Assembly: GCA_965153355.1 (NCBI GenBank)
Contig: OZ231126.1
Location: 10,230,001 to 10,294,000, forward strand
DNA: 64,000 bases
Direction of reading: 5' to 3'
Origin: Flaccisagitta enflata
Taxonomy: Eukaryota
Positions 53,909 through 64,000 of the stretch are shown here, one piece after another. Each line of letters begins with the position of its first letter. Positions within the stretch are counted from its first letter, which is position 1. The notes under the pieces were generated by a model, which was not told the DNA's origin, made no database searches, and saw only the letters and a program-made list of their open reading frames with translations. A program made the position numbers and the translations under genes.

Positions 53909-55276
53909 ACATGAGTCGTGTAGAGTCAGCACTCAGCAGCGTGTCAAGGTTGTGGTGGTAGCTATGAGAATTTATGATTTGGAACTGCCTAAAGTTATAT
54001 TTTCTCCCAATTTTCTTTTTTTTCTCTTTTGTCCCCCTTTGATTTCCTTCCCCATCTCCAAGCCCCTTGAGGGAGAACTCACTTATACACAGGTACAACC
54101 CTGGTTGAATCTGAACAGCAGCATGTTAGTGTGGTTATGGCGATGGTTGTGATTGTAGGTTGAGTTAAATCCGAATAGACAACTGCGTGCTAGAATGTTG
54201 GTTGAGTTGGAAATTTATTTTGTGTCAACAGCGTGGTTCGGATTCGGTCGGAACCTAAATTTGAAAGTGTCAATATCATAGATTATTCCGTTGTCAACAT
54301 TGGAAAGTGTAAACATGGTGGTGGCTTCGAACGTGACTTTCGTTTTTGGGGATGTTTGATTTGCGCCAATGTTTGCATTTCCGGAATGGCAGGAAGTCGA
54401 TCTACGCTCTGCCGGCAAAAACCGGAATAACTTCATAGCCCAACAAATAAAAAAGTCTACTCTGCTGGCAAACCGGATCAAATAAGCAACAAGGCCGGAT
54501 ACAAGGCTTCACCAGTCGCGTGCGGATGGGTATTGGCCGTATATGAGGTCACTTAAGCACTAAAGACCACGACCAACCTACCAACCGACCGACCAACCGA
54601 CCGACCGACAAAGCAGGGTGAGTTGTCGCGTAGCACGCGACTCAAAATGCAAATTCTACGCGCTAACTACAAAGAGGTCGAAATTAGAGGAAATGTATTG
54701 GTACGATTTGTATGCCAAGTGCACTTTCATTTAGACAAAAACAGATACAGACAAAGTTTGTTGCATGTTGGGCATTGCTAGGTGCATGTCTGCCATTTGA
54801 GTAAAACAAATTATTCTACTGCTTTCCTTATGCAGGTTTCAACTGAAAGAAAACCCATCAAGCAAAAACCCGCTCTCAATCTGTCGACCGACAAATAAGT
54901 TGGACTACGTGTTCAATCATAATTCCATTAATGCTTGGCCTTTTTCCTTATCCTCTTCCTCCTCTTCCTCCTCCTCTTCTTACTCCTCCTCCTTTTCTAT
55001 TGTATTTTCGGAAATTGTCGACTCGCCAACAGTTCCCTCCCCTTAAGCTTTTCTTTCAGATGCTGTCCTATGCTCTGTCCTATGCTTGCTCTCTAACAAT
55101 AATTTTTTTCTATCTCATGTTTCCTTTTTCCTGTTGCTTTCTCTACTTTGTATTGTAACTTTTTGAATTGTCCTAGTTAGTATAGCTCAGTCTGTATACG
55201 TCTGTCTCCGTCTGTCTCTATCTCTGTCTGTCTATTTCTGTCTCTGTCACCGTCACTGTTTCTGTCAGTCTGTTTC

Positions 55277-55335
<59 letters not shown>

Positions 55336-56950
55336 CACTCTCATTTTCGGGTCAAACTCCTTGTGCTCAGACGCTGAATGTAAGTCGGAATTAACAACAC
55401 AAACAATGCTGAGAACTTTTTGCCCTTGGCTGCAAAGAAGGCGGAGGAAAAAAACAAGAAATTGTCCTCTCTCTCTGTCTCTCTCTCTGTCTCTCTCTCT
55501 CTCTCTCTACCTGAACTTCAGTCCTCTAATATTAACATTAAGAGTTTTGTATTTGCATGCTTAAATCAAAACATTAATTTATTTATCCTACTTAAAATCA
55601 GAGAAAAAGCGCAAGCTAAATAGGCTAAATGAGCTAGAATACTTGAAAACGCCCTCACAGATGAGCAGCTCTGCTCACTGACATGTTTTCTTTTATTTGC
55701 TTGCTTAAACAAGTTTGAAAATATTTATTCATTTATCGTATTTGAAATAATAGACTGAGATAAGTGAGCTAAATGAGCTAAAATGCTCAAAAACGCCTTC
55801 ACAGATGAGCAGCTGTGCTCATAAACATGTTTTCTTGTATTTGCATGCTCAAACAAACATGAATACACTCTTTTATAAATCGTACACAAAATTGTAAAAA
55901 ATAAAAAAGATTTCACTCAAATTTTTCATAAATAAATCTTTAAAAAATCATAGCGCGAAAAATATACGTCAGAGAGCATTCTGCTTGGCGCCAAATGAAA
56001 GTGAATTATCAAATTCACTTACCCAATCAATTTCATTGGAGGCTCTAATTGCTCGATCGAGACCCACAACTTCCTCATAAGAAAATAAAAACCCTGTTTC
56101 TCTCGAATATGTCAAAAAGTCGAAGACTGACTTCAACTTTTTTCCCGATAAAACAATCTATCAATATGTGATATTTGTAATGTTTTTGAACACTTTGTAC
56201 AATCCGTCCTCATTCATCGCACACACAATTGTACAATCTGTCAACTTCAATTGCACACAAAATTGCATTATCTGTCATTTTCCAATCACAAATCACCACC
56301 TCTGACACCCCAAGGACACCACAACCCCTAAAATCACCTCTGGCCCCCATGACCGCCCCCCCCCCATTATGCTTCCCCCCCCCCTGTTTTTAACATTTTT
56401 TTTGTATCATCAGTACATCGTTTTGAAATTCGATTCAGTGCTCAAACTTCTGCCTCCAGGTGTTATACTGTTTTTTTTATTTGTTTTGTTTTTCTACCTC
56501 TTTAAGGGCCTTTTTCTTACTTGAGTACGAGTAGGAGGACTATTTTTTTCTCTTCTTTATTCTTTTCGTTGGTTTTTTTTTCGTGTTTTGTTTTGTTTTG
56601 CAATTTGTCATCTTCAGTTGCACAATCAGTCAACCATCATTTAACACACATTTGCAAAATCCGTCATTTTCATCGTCCATCTTATGCGCAATTGTTCAAT
56701 CTGTCATATTCCATCTTGGCAAGTAAAACGAAAGTTTCAAGTGAAGATTTCATCTCACATTTGAGCCAAAACTTGTTTTTCGTATAGACAGACCGGCTTT
56801 AATATAGTCTGTGCACATTTGCACGAGCGCTCATACTTGTTTAAATGTATGCTTGCGTGTAAGTTGGGACGTGTTCATGTATGTTTGTGTATCTATGCAG
56901 AATGCGGAATTTGTGTGCAGTGGAAGTAGAAAAGTGAGAACACAGCTAGT

Positions 56951-57150
56951 TTTTAGTCGCGTGCTACGCGACTCTACTCCCCGCTATGTCGGTCCATCGG
57001 TCGGTTAGTCGGTGGGTCGGTCCCCTTTTGACTTTTTCGGCGTCTTTGAGCTTTTTGAGCCTAATGCTCCTACCCAAATGCTATGGTGACCTCCAGCACT
57101 GTTCTTGCCCAGCCGAACGCGCCTGGGGTAGCCGTGTATCCGGCCTTGTT
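56951..57150 (+). mobile_element. HINE-type element
   Basis: TTTTAGTCGCGTGCTACGCGACT ... GCCGTGTATCCGGCCTTGTT. Confidence 0.85.
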
Positions 57151-57221
57151 GTTATCAGACTTGAATCTGTAAACATGAGATAAGAAAAAAAGAGGGCATG
57201 AAAAGATTCTTTAAAAAATTC

Positions 57222-57547
57222 CAGGCCTGTATATTCTTGAGTTTTCCCCCCCCCCCGGTGGGGGGGGGAAAAAAATCAAAGGGTCTGGAGATGGGGAAGG
57301 AAATCTAAGGGGGAAAAAAGAGAAAAAAAGGAAATTTGAGGAAAATATAACTTTTTACAGTACCAAATCATAAAACTCAATTAGTAGAACACAATTTAAC
57401 ACTATTTAAACCTTAACTACATAGTTTTATTGCTATATGGGGAAGAAAATCATGGATATAAAAATGCGACGCGACGCGTCGCGGGGAAGAAAATCAAAGG
57501 CAGGGGGGGGAAAAAAATCAAAAGCGACTCAAGAATATACACCCCTG
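57222..57547. mobile_element. hAT-type MITE
   Basis: TIR CAGGCCTGTATATTCTTGAGT / ACTCAAGAATATACACCCCTG with a perfect 8-bp TSD, AAAAATTC (57214-57221 and 57548-57555). Confidence 0.9.
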
Positions 57548-57837
57548 AAAAATTCTCGTTATATTTGAGGATGTAACACCATTTTTAGGGCCGTAGTTTC
57601 AGCACAAAGACATGATCAGTTAGAGCTGGACATAAAACGATATGACTTGAACAAAGTAGATTGAAAAAAATGTTTCTTAGTCGCGGGCAACCATCTCTAC
57701 ACTTTACCATGTCAGTCTATCCGTCAATCCTTTTGAGGGGGGTCTTTTTTTTATAGTGTTATACGTTATTGTGAGGTATTGTGAGGTATTGTGAGGTATG
57801 TGTGAATTACGGTCGTACTGTTTTTTGTTTTTGGTTT

Positions 57838-58262
57838 TTGGGCAGCGGCCCCGAAGGGGCCGATGACCTATGCTTTCACACAGGGCAAATTTCTCCTCCT
57901 TCTTCTTCTTCTTCTCCTTCTCCTCCTTCGTACCCCCCCCCCCCGCTTTCAGCCTCGAGACCCAAATCCCAGCCTCAAGGCCCAAATCCCAGCCTCAAGG
58001 CCCATATCCAGCCTTGAGGCTCCAATTCCAACCTTGAGGCTCAAATCCCAGTCTCGAGGCTCAAATCTCAGCCAAGAGGCTCAAATCCCTGCCTCTAAGC
58101 CCAAATCCCAGCTTCAAGGCCCTGATTCCAGCCTCCAGGCTCAAATAAAAACAGCATAGGTCATCGGCTCCTTCGGCCCCTCTTACCATCTCACACCCTC
58201 ATACACTCACTAAGGGGCAACGGGTACCGCTGACCATCTAACGCTTTTGCGACTATTGGTTT
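57838..58262 (+). mobile_element. Second HINE-like family with a central 20-bp minisatellite
   Basis: T-run-GGGCAGCGG plus hairpin CGGCCCC-GAA-GGGGCCG; about 10 copies of AGGCCCAAATCCCAGCCTCA-like units; 3' CCGCTGACC subTIR and CGC-TTTT-GCG hairpin in a T-rich target. A decayed relative lies at about 23441-23770. Confidence 0.6.
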
Positions 58263-58705
58263 TTGGTTTTTGGTTTTTGGTTTTTGTTTTTTGTTTTTTG
58301 TTTTTTGTTTTTTGTTTTTTGTTTTTTGTTTTTTGTTTTTTGTTTTTTGTTTTTTGTTTTTTGTTTTTTTTTTTTTGTTTTTTGTTTTGTTTTTTGTTTT
58401 TTTTTTTTGCGAATTACGGTCGTACTGTTTTTTGTTTTTTGCTTTTTGTTTTTTTTTTTTTGGTGGCACTGTCCCTACTCAACCGTCCACGACTTTTGCC
58501 CTGAGTTGGGTTTGTTTGTAAGACAGCCGAGTAGATAGAAGCAATTAGGTTATCAGATAAAGACAGATACAGCAACTGATAGTGGCAGGTAGTGATAGGA
58601 TTGGATCAATTTGGACAATGAGATCAAGTTTAAAGTGGTATCAGGTGTGCTGCACGAAGGGAACGAGACATTGGTTTAAAAAAGTGGGGGAAGGGGTGGT
58701 TAAGG

Positions 58706-58975
<270 letters not shown>

Positions 58976-59530
58976 AGAGAAAGAGAAAGAGAAAGAGAAA
59001 GAGAGAGAGAGAGAGAGAGAGCAAATAGCCACGACCCGAAGTTGTCAATCAATACAGAAGACAGACTTCGTCTGTTATCACTTTTCAACGAATTCCAAAT
59101 GACTTCTTCCTTTTCTTCTTTTTCTTCTTCTTCTCCTTCCTCTTCTTCTTCTTCTTCTTCTTCTTCTTCTTCTTCTTCTTCTTCTTCTTCTTCTTCTTCT
59201 TCTTCTTCCGGTCAACATCTTCTTGTTTTCCTTGTTTCTCCTCTTCTTGTTCTTGTTCTTCTTCTTGTTCTTCTTCTTCTTGTTCTTCTTCTTCTTCTTG
59301 TTCTTCTTGTTCTTCTTCTTCTTCTTCTTCTTCTTCTTCTTCTTCTTCTTCTTCTTCTTCTTCTTGATCCCCTTCTTGTTTCTCTTCTTCTTTTTCTTTT
59401 CTTCTCTTCTTCTTCTTCCTCTCCTTCTTCTTCTTCTTCTTCTTCTTCTTCTTCTTCTTCTTCTTCTTCTTCTTCTTCTTCTTCTTCTTCTTCTTCTTCT
59501 TCACTACTACTACTTCTCCTTCTTTTTCTA

Positions 59531-61354
<1,824 letters not shown>

Positions 61355-61799
61355 TACTTCTTCTACTTCTTTTTCTTCTGCTTCTTCCTCTTCATCATCT
61401 TCTTCTTCTTCTTCTTCTTCTTCTTCTTCTTCTTCTTCTTCTTCTTCTTCTTCTTCTTCTTCTTCTTCTTCTCTTCCTCTTCCTCTTCCTCTTCTTCTTC
61501 TTCTTTTCCATCTTCTTCTTCTTCCTCTTCCTCTTCTTCTTCTGATAGGGATGATAAACACGATCAGCCGTGACGACGATATACTAACGACTTTAAAAAG
61601 ATAACGATATAAAATAAAAGACACGATGATGACGATGAGAGTGTCGATTCAAGATTTATGCTTTGGACCTCCCCCGTTGAGTTTTATGGAGACAGAATAT
61701 CGTAAAAATACTAAAAATATCGGAAACGGTTTTTTTTTTAACGACTGGATTAATGGATTAACGTGAGGCAGGAATTGGGCGCTCAGGGAAAGAGACTTA

Positions 61800-62324
61800 C
61801 AGTCAGTGGACAAAACACATTAGGTAGAGAACTCACTCTGTTGGTTTTGATCCAACCCACTGATGATGAACAAAATGCTGTAAACAACAACTGGTTGTTG
61901 AAATTACAGCCGGCTGTTAAGTAACAAAGTTGGCAAAAATCCAACTTTCCCCAAATAGAATGAGACCTGCAGATTCATAATCTTGATGAAATTCTTAGAA
62001 GTTTGATATGTCACAACATATGTTTTTATATGAAAATAAAAATTGTCATCAATGTTTAATTTAGTTATAATACAATGTTAAAGAAATATTTCATAAAAAA
62101 AGTGTTAAGTGTGACATGTCAGACTTCTCAGAATTTCATCAGATTATAAATATGCTAGTCACATTCTATTCTATTTAGGTCAGATTTTTGCCAAATTTAT
62201 ACCATAACAGCCGGTTGTAGTTTTTACAACCAGTGGTTGTTTACAGCATTCTGTTGAAAAACAGTAGGTTGGATCAAAGCCAACAGAGTGAGCTCTCTAC
62301 CTATTTTGTTTTGTCCACTGACTG
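61800..62324. mobile_element. Palindromic Tc1-type MITE
   Basis: CAGTCAGTGGACAAAACA...TGTTTTGTCCACTGACTG, with inverted arms over almost the whole length. TA is seen on the left only. Confidence 0.85.
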
Positions 62325-63397
62325 CTTAGTTATCACCAGAAAGAAGATTACGGCTTGTTAGCAAAGTGGTTTGGAAAAGGGGTGAGGTGGGGAAGGGGGG
62401 GGAGTATTTGTGGAGTGTTTATGTGGGGAGAGGGGGGGGGGAAGGGGGGGGGCGAATACCAGGATAGGGTGAAGTCCTTAAGGAAAAGTAGTTGGGGAAA
62501 GAGTTGAGGATAGCAAGGGTAAGTCAAGTGGTAGGGAAATTCAGCGGGGGTTGAGATAATGATGGGGGGTACTGGGTGAATGCGCAATTATATACATAAG
62601 TCAGAAGCTACATCAAACCCCACTTGATTTGTATTTTTCTTTACGAACAACTGATGACGAGGGTCACGAGGTACGTACAGAGCGTTGAAAGATCACGATT
62701 AGTACAGCTGTCATTCGTTTGTCCATTTAAGAAAAACGGGTTATCATTGATCAAAGCTCACAACACCGCGTCAGAAACAATACACAATCAAAGAAAACTA
62801 GAAAAAACGTGAACCTCGTTTGTTCATCACTCGTTCATCGTTCGTTTATGCATGTCAAGACTCATCACTCTTGACTCAAGAGTGATGAGATCAAAGAATT
62901 CTCCGCGTCAAGAAAGAAGGAACAAGGCCGTACATATTTGGTAAGCACTAGTGTTTTGGGTTAGACTCAGAATGTATGTTTGCTAAGTTAGTTTTGCTAA
63001 ATGGAAAACTAGGAGTGATGCGCGTAGTAACTAGTCAGTGAGGGCTCACAAGGCCCTCTTCCATATTTTTCAGTTTGGGTATAGTGAGGGATATTGTTCC
63101 ACCTTTCATACATAGCAGTAACAAGGCCAGATGCACGACCAATAAGCAGCCACTTGCGGTTAGGTAGGGGTTTCAATGCCCAGAAATCATTTTTTCGGCC
63201 AATTTCGCACCGTCCAAATGTTCGCGAATTATTTACCGACGGACCAACCTATGGACTGACCATGCTACAGATTCGTTTCGCATGCGACTAAAGCTGAAGG
63301 GCACACTTAGATACATAATTCTTAGTCGGTTGGGAGGTGGGTTGGGAGGTCTGTAATGAATAATACTGTTGATTCCTAGACAAATGAAAAAAAAAAA

Positions 63398-63637
63398 GGA
63401 ATGTTACATAAACACATCCTATTGAAACACCCAAACTAAGTACGAAGGAATGTTACATAAACACGTCCTATTGAAACACCCAAACTAAGTACGAAGGAAT
63501 GTTACATAAACACGTCCTATTGAAACACCCAAACTAAGTACGAAGGAATGTTACATAAACATGTACTATTGAAACACCCAAACTAAGTACGAAGGAATGT
63601 TACATAAACACATCCTATTGAAACACCCAAACAAAGT
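63398..63637. repeat. 49-bp tandem repeat, about 5 copies
   Basis: GGAATGTTACATAAACA at 63398, 63447, 63496, 63545 and 63594. Confidence 0.95.
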
Positions 63638-64000
63638 ATACATGGCGGTTACGATGTTGATCTATGAGTCACAATTGGCTTCGAGGGCAGATCTGGGATT
63701 TCGGATCCAGCCCAAAAGCCTTACAGGCTTTCTGCATCACAACAACAACTAAAATTTATACTTTGAAATATTTAACATATATTTAACAACAACACCGACG
63801 AGAACGATTCCAACACCACCGCCGCCACCACCACCACCACCACGACCACGACCACCACCACGACCACCACCACCGCCACCGCCGCCACCACCACCGTCAC
63901 CGCCAACACCAACGCCAACAACAACGCCAACAACAACGCCAACAACAACGCCAACAACAACGCCAACGCCAACAACAACAACAACAACAACAACAACAAC

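Overview
This is repeat-rich eukaryotic (animal, probably invertebrate) genomic DNA; the taxon cannot be fixed from the sequence. Most entries in the ORF track are artefacts of microsatellites. I could assemble two intron-containing genes on the minus strand, with GT-AG introns and consistent phases. The first is an 8-exon ankyrin-repeat/SOCS-box (ASB-like) gene, CDS 7964->176, about 539 aa. The second is a 7-exon CD225/dispanin (PRRT-like) membrane-protein gene, CDS 39736->24361, about 748 aa, with a very long low-complexity N-terminus. The rest consists of roughly 25-30 DINE-1/HINE-type non-autonomous Helentron elements, a decayed OTU-protease fragment (possible autonomous Helentron relic), TA-flanked Tc1/mariner-type and hAT-type MITEs, minisatellites and long microsatellites. 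The most unusual pattern is that, in both genes, the 3' end of an exon plus its splice donor has been tandemly amplified into the following intron (72-bp, 61-bp and a single ~68-bp copy), creating arrays of decoy or alternative donors. I found no rRNA, intact tRNA or CRISPR array. All gene models are manual and unconfirmed by transcript data.
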